Positions 15,598 through 24,005 are shown, numbered from the stretch's first letter. The stretch is 32,000 nt of DNA from Candidatus Saccharimonadota bacterium (GCA_002952755.1 CP025011.1:270001-302000), one strand, 5' to 3'. Notes: a model not told the origin generated them from the letters alone. Numbers and translations: made by a program.

Positions 15598-16281
15598 CTA
15601 GTTATAGAGGGCTGGCTTTGGCAGGCCCTGAAGCCAGTCTGTAAAGTCCGGACCGATATTTTGATTTGCGTGACTGTTTGGGTGGCTATCGGGAAAGCCG
15701 ATGCGGCTCCAAGTGCTTCGGAATTCTTTTTTAAGCATATGCTGGCTGTTGCTTAGGCGATTATAAAAATCAAACACCCGGATATTTTGGCCAAAGTCGC
15801 TGGTTTCAAGCCATGTGGCGAGTTGGCGGGCACGGGCAGCTTCCTGGCTATCTGTCTTCTTGGGCGCGAGCGGTGGCGTGGTTACGATCCCTAGGCAAAG
15901 GGCGGGGCGCGCTCGAAAAAATTGCATGATCGCTGTGTACTGATCGCGCACTTCCTCCAACTCGGCATCGCTTTTGATAGCATTTACCGGATAGCAGGAC
16001 TTGATAACAACGGTGTCATAGTCGCGTAGTATGTTTTGCAGCTGCGGATCGTGTTGATTGTAGTCGCTAAAGAAAGTGGCGTAGGCATCTGGTGTTGTAT
16101 TATCCCCAGTAAGCAGGACCGTATAGGGTCGGCTCCGTCCGTCTGCATCGGTAAGCAAGTGTGCGTTATTGTCATAGTCGCTGAACTGGAGTTCGTGCTT
16201 TGGCAGCAATTCACGGACGCGGCCTTGTTTGAGTAGCCGTTTGCCACACGAGCGATGAATAAATAATATGCGGGGAGTCAT
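15598..16281 (-). CDS. hypothetical protein (227 aa)
   Basis: Long ORF with balanced composition. No confident family. A C-terminal DSHPN is faintly SGNH-hydrolase-like, but the other blocks were not seen. Confidence 0.6.
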   Translation of the reverse strand: MTPRILFIHRSCGKRLLKQGRVRELLPKHELQFSDYDNNAHLLTDADGRSRPYTVLLTGDNTTPDAYATFFSDYNQHDPQLQNILRDYDTVVIKSCYPVNAIKSDAELEEVRDQYTAIMQFFRARPALCLGIVTTPPLAPKKTDSQEAARARQLATWLETSDFGQNIRVFDFYNRLSNSQHMLKKEFRSTWSRIGFPDSHPNSHANQNIGPDFTDWLQGLPKPALYN

Positions 16282-16328
16282 GCGACGTAGATAAGTTGTT
16301 TATGGTTTTTGTTCGTTTTCATGGACAT

Positions 16329-16337
16329 ATCATAGCA
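16329..16337 (-). promoter_or_regulatory. extended -10 element (TGcTATGAT)
   Basis: On the minus strand, 47 nt upstream of ATG 16281. Divergent from the + strand element at 16381. Confidence 0.35.
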
Positions 16338-16380
16338 GATATACGGGCCTACCAACCAATAGTATATAGAGCGCCCCAGA

Positions 16381-16389
16381 TGTTACTAT
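16381..16389 (+). promoter_or_regulatory. extended -10 element (TGtTACTAT), leaderless geometry
   Basis: ATG 16397 begins 7 nt after the -10. GTG 16394 would be only 4 nt away. Confidence 0.4.
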
Positions 16390-16396
16390 ATGAGTG

Positions 16397-17107
16397 ATGG
16401 CAGCAAAAATAAAAAGGCAATATAGCGCTTTTTATGCACTACGCGCGAGAATGTCCGTAGCGCTCGGCGCGCTGGCAGCCTTAGTGTACAGCTCCTGGCC
16501 GCTTGGTTTCATTTTGAATCCAGTAGTCAGTCGGCATGCGCTGGCCAGCGAGCTGGAGGCGCCGCATCAGCCCTATGATTGGGTATTTGTGGCGCTCGAT
16601 GTGCTCACTGGAGTGCTTATCTTAGGAGTTGGCCTACTGCAGATCAAGATAAGCAATATAACGCGCGATCTGCAAATTGGCGTGGCATGTTATATAGCTT
16701 TCGGTTGCCTGGTAGCTACTGCGGCCCTAATGCCGCTGCATTGTGATCCGCAGGTGATAGGATCGTGCGGACCGCTTATCCATAATCCATTAGTACTGTT
16801 GCATGGCATCTGTAGTATCCTGTCGGTTGTCATGCTGCTTGTTGCGGTTATGCTCATTGTCAAGGCCCTGTATGATGCTCATGCACCACGCTTGGTGCGC
16901 GCCTTTTTTGCTGGCATAGCGGGGTGCTGGGTAGTATTCGGCATTGGTTCACTGATGGAGCTAACTCTTCGTATACACAACAACAATTTGCTGCAATATT
17001 TCTTTATCACGGTGTGCAGCGTATCGATCGTACTTATCGTAGTTGCTATCGAGTATCTCGCGCGACCGGCGTGGGCTCCCGCCAAAGTACCTGCTCGTCG
17101 TGTATAA
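16397..17107 (+). CDS. polytopic membrane protein, function unknown
   Basis: About 6-7 hydrophobic spans. Its stop overlaps the pyk ATG (TAATG). The ORF-track start 16394 (GTG) is in the same frame. Confidence 0.65.
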   Translation: MAAKIKRQYSAFYALRARMSVALGALAALVYSSWPLGFILNPVVSRHALASELEAPHQPYDWVFVALDVLTGVLILGVGLLQIKISNITRDLQIGVACYIAFGCLVATAALMPLHCDPQVIGSCGPLIHNPLVLLHGICSILSVVMLLVAVMLIVKALYDAHAPRLVRAFFAGIAGCWVVFGIGSLMELTLRIHNNNLLQYFFITVCSVSIVLIVVAIEYLARPAWAPAKVPARRV

Positions 17108-18549
17108 TGAAAGCCATGTATATAACGGAGCAGGCCCCAAAGGGGCCTATTGGTTCTTTTAAAAGGACGAAAATCATCGCTACTATCGGGCCGGCTACCG
17201 ATAGTTACGAGCAAATTAAAGCTTTAATTGCCGCTGGCGCGAATGGCCTGCGCCTCAACTGTAGCCATGGCACTAACGAAGAAAGGGCACAGCAGATTCC
17301 CCTGATTCGTCAGGCATCAAAAGAACTTGGCAAGCCGGTAGCGATCATCCAGGATCTACAGGGGCCGAAGATTCGCTTAGGTGATTTTGACGGAGTTATC
17401 CCTGTAAAAGCCGGACAACACCTGAGCTTCGCCTACAACGTAGCGTACGAAGAAGGCGGGCATATCCCTACGCAATACGATCTCAGTACCAAGGTGAAGC
17501 CGGGCGAACGTCTGTATATCTTTGACGGCAAGGTGCGCACCAGTATCACTGCCGTACGTGAAGGTGTGGTCTATGCTAAAGCCGATAATGACGGTATTTT
17601 GATCAAGCGCAAGGGTATGAATTTGCCCGATACCGACTTTGGCGGCGATATTTTAACCAAAAAAGATCTGCTAGATCTAGATTGGGGGGTCGGCCAGGAT
17701 ATTGATTATGTAGCACTCAGCTTCGTACAGCGGGCCGAAGATATTGAGCATTTACGCCACCTGCTGCATAAACTGCACAGAGACGTGCGCATTATAGTCA
17801 AAGTCGAAACCCGTGCCGCTGTTGATAATATTGATGCCATTATGCAGACAACCGATGTAGCCATGGTTGCCCGTGGCGATTTGGCCGTCGAAACACCCGC
17901 CGAATCGGTACCAGTAGTGCAACGCCAAATTATCGGCCTCGGCCAAAAGTATGGCAAGCCCACCATTGTGGCCACACAGATGCTGCTAAGCATGGTAGAT
18001 ATGCCAGAGCCAACGCGCGCCGAAGTATCGGATGTTGCTACCGCCGTCTTCGTTGGCGCCGATTGCGTAATGCTCAGCGATGAAACCGCTGTGGGTAAAT
18101 ATCCGATTGATGCCGTCCAAACAATGAAACGGGTGATCACCTATGCCGAACAGCACCCGCCGCTCAAGACAATTTACCCCAACGAGCGCGAGCGCAGCAT
18201 GAAACATGCTATTTCCAGCAGTGTTATCAATCTCGCAGTGAATATCGACGCCAAGGCGATTGTAGCCGAAACAACATCCGGCCAAACAGCGCTGCAGATT
18301 GCCTGTCATCGTCCCGAAACGGTTATGATTGCCGTAACCGATCAAGCCCGCACTGCTCAACAATTAGCGCTGGTGTATGGCACAAAAAGCTACGTGCGTC
18401 CGGCGGATCCGGAAGCTGCCCAAAAGTTAACCGATTGGCTGTACGAAAATAAAGTGTTCGGAGCTGGCGACGTAGTCGTGACTGTCTCAGGCCGCTACCC
18501 TGGCCGTATCGGAACCACCGATACCATCAAAGTTCGCGTTATAGACTAA
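17107..18549 (+). CDS. pyk: pyruvate kinase
   Basis: KIIATIGPAT, LNCSHGT, MVARGDLAVE and TQMLLSM motifs. ATG 17107 gives 480 aa. The ORF-track start 16924 would add 61 non-homologous residues overlapping the upstream gene. Confidence 0.95.
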   Translation: MKAMYITEQAPKGPIGSFKRTKIIATIGPATDSYEQIKALIAAGANGLRLNCSHGTNEERAQQIPLIRQASKELGKPVAIIQDLQGPKIRLGDFDGVIPVKAGQHLSFAYNVAYEEGGHIPTQYDLSTKVKPGERLYIFDGKVRTSITAVREGVVYAKADNDGILIKRKGMNLPDTDFGGDILTKKDLLDLDWGVGQDIDYVALSFVQRAEDIEHLRHLLHKLHRDVRIIVKVETRAAVDNIDAIMQTTDVAMVARGDLAVETPAESVPVVQRQIIGLGQKYGKPTIVATQMLLSMVDMPEPTRAEVSDVATAVFVGADCVMLSDETAVGKYPIDAVQTMKRVITYAEQHPPLKTIYPNERERSMKHAISSSVINLAVNIDAKAIVAETTSGQTALQIACHRPETVMIAVTDQARTAQQLALVYGTKSYVRPADPEAAQKLTDWLYENKVFGAGDVVVTVSGRYPGRIGTTDTIKVRVID

Positions 18550-18585
18550 AATTTGCTCCTTGCGTTAGCAGGGAGCTAGACTGTA

Positions 18586-18888
18586 ATGCGACGACTTATT
18601 GAAATTGTGCTACGGACCTTCGAAAAAGCTAGTCGAAGCGAGAGAATTACCTGGGCTGTCATCTCGCTGTTGCTTTACGTGGTGGCTTACTGCCGGGATT
18701 GGTTACGGCAGGCTGGGTTTTCGTGGGGTGGGGCGTTTCTGAATATCGTAGCTGGCGACATTATCATTAACGTTTTAGGGCTTGTATATGTTGTTATGAG
18801 GTTCTTATTTCCGAACAGGGAGCACAAGGTCGACCACGAATCATACGACACCAGCGAAGGTTTGTTTGAGCTTCCTTTCTCGCGCTGA
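18586..18888 (+). CDS. small membrane protein (100 aa, 2 TM), hypothetical
   Basis: Two hydrophobic segments. GGGAG lies 11 nt upstream of the ATG. Confidence 0.45.
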   Translation: MRRLIEIVLRTFEKASRSERITWAVISLLLYVVAYCRDWLRQAGFSWGGAFLNIVAGDIIINVLGLVYVVMRFLFPNREHKVDHESYDTSEGLFELPFSR

Positions 18889-18992
18889 ACTACCCAATAG
18901 TAAGGTGTTGACTAGAAAACGACAAGAAGCAACAAACACGTACGAGTGTGAGGACGGCAATGTATGGACTTCTTGCAACACTATTAGGAATG

Positions 18993-19018
18993 AAAGACCG
19001 CTCAAACGAGCGGTCTTT
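18993..19018. terminator. perfect 11-bp hairpin between convergent genes, probable bidirectional terminator
   Basis: AAAGACCGCTC / AAAC / GAGCGGTCTTT. The A/T runs are only 3 nt long, so termination efficiency is uncertain. Confidence 0.5.
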
Positions 19019-19037
19019 CACACCACATGGTTAGTTT

Positions 19038-19452
19038 CTAGCAAGCAGGAATAGCTGCAAAAGCGCCACTATTGAACTGTTGGAGGGCGGCGCCGTTCAG
19101 GTTGGTGTAACCCGTAACGCCAGCAGCAGTTTCTACCTTAAAGCTGGTTGGCTTTGACGCTTCACAGTCAATGACGAAAGATTGTCCAGCTGCGATTTCA
19201 CCAATAACCTTGAGACTTGCAGGGTCGGATACAGCCGCACATTCGCCCGTATTAGCTGCATTTTCGCCACCAGATTTACTCTCACCTATAAGGTTAAGTG
19301 AATCGAGAGTGAGACAGTTAGCCTCAGCTGACGCTGTTGCAGTGGGGTGGGTACTTGTGCTTTCTGAGCTACTGCATGCGACAGTGCCAAGGGGTTCCTG
19401 TTAGTGCTGCTGCTATACTTAGATTACGAAGCATTTCTTTAGATGAACGCAT
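19038..19452 (-). pseudogene. small Cys-containing lipoprotein gene interrupted by a +1 frameshift in a G4/C4 run
   Basis: GGAGGT lies 8 nt upstream of ATG (19452). Frame A reads MRSSKEMLRNLSIAAALTGTPWHCRMQ*. Frame B has no start codon and reads ...LGTVACSSSESTSTHPTATASAEANCLTLD...IPAC*. The total of 415 nt equals 3n+1. Removing one C from CCCC (plus-strand G run 19391-19394) gives MRSSKEMLRNLSIAAALTGTLGTVAC|SSS, a lipoprotein-type signal. Confidence 0.6.
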
Positions 19453-19484
19453 TGATGGGTACCTCCTACTTGCAATGATAGTTT

Positions 19485-19493
19485 ATCATAGCA
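19485..19493 (-). promoter_or_regulatory. extended -10 element (TGcTATGAT) for the lipoprotein gene
   Basis: On the minus strand, about 32 nt upstream of ATG 19452, with a GGAGG SD in between. Confidence 0.4.
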
Positions 19494-19618
19494 TAAATAA
19501 TGATCTATTACAAATGCAGCAGTGCGGGTTCAATCAGCTAACCGGAATAAATAGTAAAGCGTAATAATCTTGCGATGAGGCTAACTAGGCAGTCTTTTTG
19601 GATCATGGCGAGATACTT

Positions 19619-19627
19619 TGCTACATT
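19619..19627 (+). promoter_or_regulatory. extended -10-like element (TGcTACATT) upstream of pgk
   Basis: Lies 44 nt upstream of ATG 19672 and overlaps the ORF-track start 19618. Confidence 0.3.
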
Positions 19628-19671
19628 ACGGCTCTCTTTCGCGCTCATCCCGGCTATGGTTTAATGAGCGT

Positions 19672-20958
19672 ATGTTTACTAAAAAGACGATTCACGATAT
19701 TGATTTGAAGGGTAAGCGCGTATTGCTGCGCGCCGACTATAACGTGCCTGTTGAGGACGGCATGATTACGAGCGATTATCGGCTCACGCAGTCGCTCGTT
19801 ACTATTCGGGCACTGCTCGACCAGGACGTACAGCTAGTTATTTGTTCGCACTTAGGGCGGCCTGAGGGCAGATCAGATCCAAAAAGCAGCCTCGCACCCG
19901 TTGCTAAACGCCTTAGTGAGCTACTGGGGCAAGAAGTTCGTTTTGCCAGGGATTGTATCGGCCCCGAGGTAGAAAAAGCAGCAAGCGAGCTACAGCCGCG
20001 TCAAATTTTGCTACTTGAGAACCTACGTTTTCACGCTGAGGAAGAGGCTAATGATGACGCATTTGCATCACAACTCGCCAAGCTAGCCGACGTATTTGTC
20101 CAAGATGGTTTTGGAGTGGTACACCGTGCGCACGCCAGTACGGATGCCATTACGCATCATTTGCCCAGCGTTGCAGGTCTGTTACTTGAGAAAGAAGTAG
20201 ACACGATTACTGAAGTTATGCAGAACCCCAAGCGTCCATTAATGGCAATTGTAGGTGGGGCTAAGATCTCCGACAAGATTGAGATTTTAGAGAAGTTTAT
20301 CGACATTGCCGATTTCATCGCCATTGGCGGCGCTATGGCCAATACATTTCTAGCAGCCAAGGGCATTGATGTGGCCAAGAGCAAGATAGACACCGACGGC
20401 TTGCCGCAAGCGCGCGATATTCTGACTAAAGCAGCTGCTAAGGCCAAGGAAGGCAATTTCGTATTTTACTTGCCGCAGGATGGCGTAGTCGCGAACAAGG
20501 TGGATAAAGCCGCCCAGACGCGCATTGTCGACTGGGATGCGCATGTCTTTGCCGAAGTCGAGAGCTACCCCAAAACTCCTGCCGAAAGCACACGCATTGT
20601 GAGTGACGACGAAATGATCCTCGATATCGGGCCATTTAGCGGCGCTTTTATCGCTGGCGGCGCCCAGCTGGCAGAAACTGTGGTGTGGAACGGCACGATG
20701 GGTGTTACTGAGACGGTTGGCTTGCAAGGGCCGATAGGCCCGTTTGCACATGGCACAGAGCTAGTTATTGACGCGCTGGTGGGCGACTACGGGCATAAGC
20801 CATTTACACTTGTCGGTGGCGGCGATACGGCGGGTTATGTTGAGCAGCGCGAGTTAACCGCTGCATTCAATCATGTTTCTACCGGCGGCGGCGCAAGCTT
20901 GGAGCTAATGGCTGGTCGCAAATTGCCCGGTGTCGAGGCACTCGAAAGTAAAGATTAA
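19672..20958 (+). CDS. pgk: phosphoglycerate kinase
   Basis: KRVLLRADYNVPV, SHLGRP, GGAKISDKI, GGGDT and STGGGASLE motifs. ATG 19672 gives MFTKKTIHDIDLKGKRVLL..., the usual N-terminus. Confidence 0.95.
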   Translation: MFTKKTIHDIDLKGKRVLLRADYNVPVEDGMITSDYRLTQSLVTIRALLDQDVQLVICSHLGRPEGRSDPKSSLAPVAKRLSELLGQEVRFARDCIGPEVEKAASELQPRQILLLENLRFHAEEEANDDAFASQLAKLADVFVQDGFGVVHRAHASTDAITHHLPSVAGLLLEKEVDTITEVMQNPKRPLMAIVGGAKISDKIEILEKFIDIADFIAIGGAMANTFLAAKGIDVAKSKIDTDGLPQARDILTKAAAKAKEGNFVFYLPQDGVVANKVDKAAQTRIVDWDAHVFAEVESYPKTPAESTRIVSDDEMILDIGPFSGAFIAGGAQLAETVVWNGTMGVTETVGLQGPIGPFAHGTELVIDALVGDYGHKPFTLVGGGDTAGYVEQRELTAAFNHVSTGGGASLELMAGRKLPGVEALESKD

Positions 20959-21215
20959 GCCGCGGCAGCTGCTCCGTCTATACCATTTCTGTATTCAGTG
21001 AATGCGCACATGCCAAGGCAGCTTGCGCGCAATGCGTACGGCAGTTCAGATGTTCCGTCGGGTACAATTCCTTTCTCTTCGGCTAAGCCAACACAGCCCT
21101 CAGCCTGCTGTACTACCTGTGCAGCATCAAAATCTGTCAAAGATGATTGTCCATTTGCTCCCAGCTTGGCAATCCAGCCACACCGAGGATGGTTCGTGTT
21201 CCATTCGCCTGTCAT
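20955..21215 (-). CDS. small hypothetical protein (86 aa) with His/Cys motifs, opposite strand between pgk and tpiA
   Basis: MTGEWNTNHPRCGWIAKLGANGQSSLTDFDAAQVVQQAEGCVGLAEEKGIVPDGTSELPYALRASCLGMCAFTEY... has protein-like composition. TGaTATACT (21225-21233, minus strand) lies 9 nt upstream of the ATG, the same leaderless geometry as other genes here. The competing + strand ORFs are Ser/Pro/Cys-rich. Confidence 0.4.
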   Translation of the reverse strand: MTGEWNTNHPRCGWIAKLGANGQSSLTDFDAAQVVQQAEGCVGLAEEKGIVPDGTSELPYALRASCLGMCAFTEYRNGIDGAAAAA

Positions 21216-21224
21216 AGAACGCAC

Positions 21225-21233
21225 AGTATATCA
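21225..21233 (-). promoter_or_regulatory. extended -10 element (TGaTATACT), leaderless geometry
   Basis: 9 nt upstream of ATG 21215 on the minus strand. Confidence 0.4.
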
Positions 21234-21308
21234 CACAAAAGCCATAATCAGGATCTAGCTTTTCTCACAACGCTTATGCTAAGCTAAGATTAAAGAGAGA
21301 GTGAAAGT

Positions 21309-22100
21309 ATGTCGGGCAAGATTCTGCTAGTGGGCAACTGGAAAATGCATCTGAACGTGAGCCAAGCGAGTTTGCTTGTACAGCGGCTACACGAGCGCAC
21401 GCGCACGCATCGTAACCTGGAGATTGTGCTCGCGCCAACCATGCTCACTTTGCAGCCATTGAGTTTGCAAATCGACCGGCGTAAGTTCCGGCTGGCAGCG
21501 CAAAACGCTTATCCGAAGGATGAGGGGCCCTTCACCGGCGAAGTGTCCTTTACTATGCTGCGCGACCTGGTTCATTACGCTATTGTCGGCCATTCCGAAC
21601 GCCGCAAATTCTTCCACGACGATCTGCCAATGGTTCGCGACAAAGTGAAGGCGGCCGTGCGCAACGAAATAACCCCTATATTATGTGTAGGCGAGACGCA
21701 GCACGAGCGCCGCGAGGGTCTTACTCGCCGGGTATTACACGATCAGGTAACCACCGCACTGCAAAATCTCACCGCCCGTGAAGTTATGGAAGTAGTCGTT
21801 GCCTACGAGCCGGTGTGGGCCATTAGCACCTTCCAAGGCGAATATGCCCGTCCGGATGACGTTGCTGAGTGTATGCGCTACATCCGCCACCAGATTACCC
21901 AGCTGTATGGCGAGCATGTTGCGCAAGCGGTGCGCGTTATTTACGGCGGCAGTGTTGATGGTTCGACCGTGCGCGGCTATTTGGAACTTCCCGAGTGCGA
22001 CGGCGCACTCGTGGGCCACGAGAGCATTAACCCGTACCATTTTGCTGCGATTATCGATGCAGCCTACCGCATGCAAGTGAGCCAAGCGCATGAAGCCTGA
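21309..22100 (+). CDS. tpiA: triose-phosphate isomerase, with non-canonical loop 6 and loop 8 sequences
   Basis: VGNWKMH, GHSERR, AYEPVWAI and IYGGS are present. The usual AIGTG reads AISTF and the usual GGASL reads GHESI. Confidence 0.9.
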   Translation: MSGKILLVGNWKMHLNVSQASLLVQRLHERTRTHRNLEIVLAPTMLTLQPLSLQIDRRKFRLAAQNAYPKDEGPFTGEVSFTMLRDLVHYAIVGHSERRKFFHDDLPMVRDKVKAAVRNEITPILCVGETQHERREGLTRRVLHDQVTTALQNLTAREVMEVVVAYEPVWAISTFQGEYARPDDVAECMRYIRHQITQLYGEHVAQAVRVIYGGSVDGSTVRGYLELPECDGALVGHESINPYHFAAIIDAAYRMQVSQAHEA

Positions 22101-22722
22101 CCCCGCGCCAAAGCAATCGTCCAAGAAACACCAAGCAAGCAAGGGCACCGTTTTTGATATCAGGCGTCCTGGACGCGCGCCTGCTTCACCTACCTCGCGA
22201 CCGGTCATTTCTGGCCATAAGCCATTGGTGCAGGACACATTCTCCGGGACCGGAGGGATCGGCGAGGCCCGTCCCTTGCTCAATCCTAAGCAGAGTGTGA
22301 CTATTCAACCGGCAGCGTCAGAAGAGAAGATTGAGCAATCATCTCCACCCATAGCCCACGAAGCTTCGAATACACCACCAGCGCAGGCCGACATCACAGC
22401 TGATGTGAGCGGTACGCCCGATAACAGTCCAACTGCTGAAGCTGCCCGTCCTGCCTCTGAGCCGATTTCAACGCCATTATCGCCCCCAGCTAGAGCGGTA
22501 GACGAGTCAGCGTCGGTACCCGACACTGTCGCTGGTACGGCTGCACCGACTATCGACCGCGGCGAGGTAATCGTTTCGCGCCTTAGCAACAGCACTTCAC
22601 TGCTGAAGCTGTCACTGATTATACTCGTAATTATCGCGGTAGGGGTTGTTGCTCTGGACATCATGCTTGACGCAGGCCTTTTTAACTTTTCCGGCGTACC
22701 TCATACCCATTTTTTCTCATAA
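22090..22722 (+). CDS. Pro/Ser/Ala-rich low-complexity protein with a single C-terminal TM
   Basis: The ATG overlaps the tpiA end by 11 nt. About 165 aa are low-complexity (PASPTSRPVI..., SPPIAHEASNTPPAQ...), followed by LLKLSLIILVIIAVGVVALDIML. Confidence 0.55.
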   Translation: MKPDPAPKQSSKKHQASKGTVFDIRRPGRAPASPTSRPVISGHKPLVQDTFSGTGGIGEARPLLNPKQSVTIQPAASEEKIEQSSPPIAHEASNTPPAQADITADVSGTPDNSPTAEAARPASEPISTPLSPPARAVDESASVPDTVAGTAAPTIDRGEVIVSRLSNSTSLLKLSLIILVIIAVGVVALDIMLDAGLFNFSGVPHTHFFS

Positions 22723-22732
22723 GCAGGCTGCG

Positions 22733-23965
22733 CTAGTAGTGAAATGTTTTTATTCTAGATATGGATAACAAATATTCGCCATCTTTTGAGGTAATGGCTT
22801 GGAGTAGCTCGAAATCGTTTTTGTCGAACTGAGTTATCGTTTGCAGTGTATTTAGGTGATTGTGACGCCAGAGTAAGATCTTTTCGCCCTTATTGAAATC
22901 AATCGTTTTTGTCTTGCCGCCCAATTGAAACTCTATGGAAAGCGCCACTTTGAGCTGAACTTGACACTGTCGTGACATTGTCTTCTCGTCGAAGTAAAAT
23001 TCGGCGGTATAGAGAGATTCTTCCAGACCGAGTAGATCGAGTGTCATCTTGGCCTTAGGAGTGAGCGAGGAGGTATTGTCTGGACCTGTAGTGAAGTCGA
23101 AGTAGCGCCGAGCATTTTGCGTATCAAGCTGTTTAGAGAATACGAGTAAATCATCCTTGCCCATACTTTCGTGGAGAGTATAGAGTGGCTGGTCGGGGTT
23201 GCGGAAATTAGACAGTGTACTGCCGAGACAGAGTACTACATTTCGCGTCGCTTTTTCTTCATCGCCAAAAGAATCAGTTACCAGTAGATCGTCGAACCGC
23301 TCATAATTGATGTCCTTAACGTAGCCTTCGTAGTTGGCTTTAGTGCCAAACCAAGAGTGGATGTTCCGTTCTGCAATGTCGAGCATGTCGCGGCTAACAT
23401 CGATGGCAATATATCGATTGAGCCGTTTTTGGGCGATGAGATGTTCGAGCAGCTTGCGCACAGGAAAACAGTTGCCAGGTCCTACGTCAATAATGTTAAT
23501 ACTCTGACACTTGTCTAATAGCTCATCAAGGGAGGGTGTGACGTAATCCAGTAATGAAACGGTGTTCGTAAGACTATTTGGAGTGTTTTCTTCTGACAGT
23601 TTTTCTACGTAGGCACTCCAAATAGTAGCTCCGCCGTTAAAGTAGCTGTATTGAAGAGGCATCTCCCGGTATACGTCCAGATTAGATATAATGTCGAAGA
23701 TTTCTTTGGAGTTAAAGATTTGGTAGAAATCCGCTGCAGGAGTGATTACCTTGTAACCCCGGGTATTTTTATATTTTTTACCGTTTTCCACTAGAGCTTT
23801 GATCGTTGCTGTGTTTTTAGAGGTGTTGGCAACGTAGTGTCTGTCGTTGTAGAGGGACAATTCCAGGTCTATCTTGCCCTCCTGAGCACTTTCGATCCAG
23901 TTCCGGACTGATTTTTCCGAGACGTTATAAATCTTGGCGAGTTCGGTATTTTTGAAATATTTCAT
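22733..23965 (-). CDS. HTH domain fused to an EgtD-like (histidine N-methyltransferase family fold) SAM-dependent methyltransferase
   Basis: N-terminal TELAKIYNVSEKSVRNWIE is HTH-like. IIDVGPGNCFPVRKLLEHL...RYIAIDVSRDML is a SAM-binding motif I / post-I pattern. VVLCLGSTLSNF matches the FLGSTIGNF motif of EgtD-type enzymes. The C-terminal half is divergent. The gene is markedly AT-richer than its flanks. Confidence 0.6.
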   Translation of the reverse strand: MKYFKNTELAKIYNVSEKSVRNWIESAQEGKIDLELSLYNDRHYVANTSKNTATIKALVENGKKYKNTRGYKVITPAADFYQIFNSKEIFDIISNLDVYREMPLQYSYFNGGATIWSAYVEKLSEENTPNSLTNTVSLLDYVTPSLDELLDKCQSINIIDVGPGNCFPVRKLLEHLIAQKRLNRYIAIDVSRDMLDIAERNIHSWFGTKANYEGYVKDINYERFDDLLVTDSFGDEEKATRNVVLCLGSTLSNFRNPDQPLYTLHESMGKDDLLVFSKQLDTQNARRYFDFTTGPDNTSSLTPKAKMTLDLLGLEESLYTAEFYFDEKTMSRQCQVQLKVALSIEFQLGGKTKTIDFNKGEKILLWRHNHLNTLQTITQFDKNDFELLQAITSKDGEYLLSISRIKTFHY

Positions 23966-24005
23966 AACGATTCCTGCATCTCCGTAGTATACCTTAATTT
24001 AGCTC

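Noticed and set aside
16924-17106. ORF-track extension of pyruvate kinase by 61 codons. Similar 5' extensions occur at 12650 (pilin 3), 19618 (pgk), 24633 (pcrA), 5000, 443 and 13690.
   Set aside because: The extensions overlap upstream genes or promoter elements and add non-homologous residues. Internal ATGs give canonical N-termini with an SD or the leaderless geometry.
19385-19400. Programmed ribosomal frameshift in the lipoprotein gene.
   Set aside because: There is no recognisable slippery heptamer plus downstream structure. A one-base homopolymer length difference (error, mutation or slippage) is the more economical explanation.
20400-20640. Pgk is about 30 aa longer than typical, apparently from extra residues around KAAQTRIVDWDAHVFAEVESYPKTPAESTRIVSDDEM.
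   Set aside because: Without an alignment I cannot place or size the insertion reliably. Lineage-specific surface loops in Pgk are common.
22090-22722. Possible secG, because secG frequently follows tpiA.
   Set aside because: The product is 210 aa, almost entirely low-complexity, with one C-terminal TM. SecG is a short two-TM protein with a Gly-rich loop.
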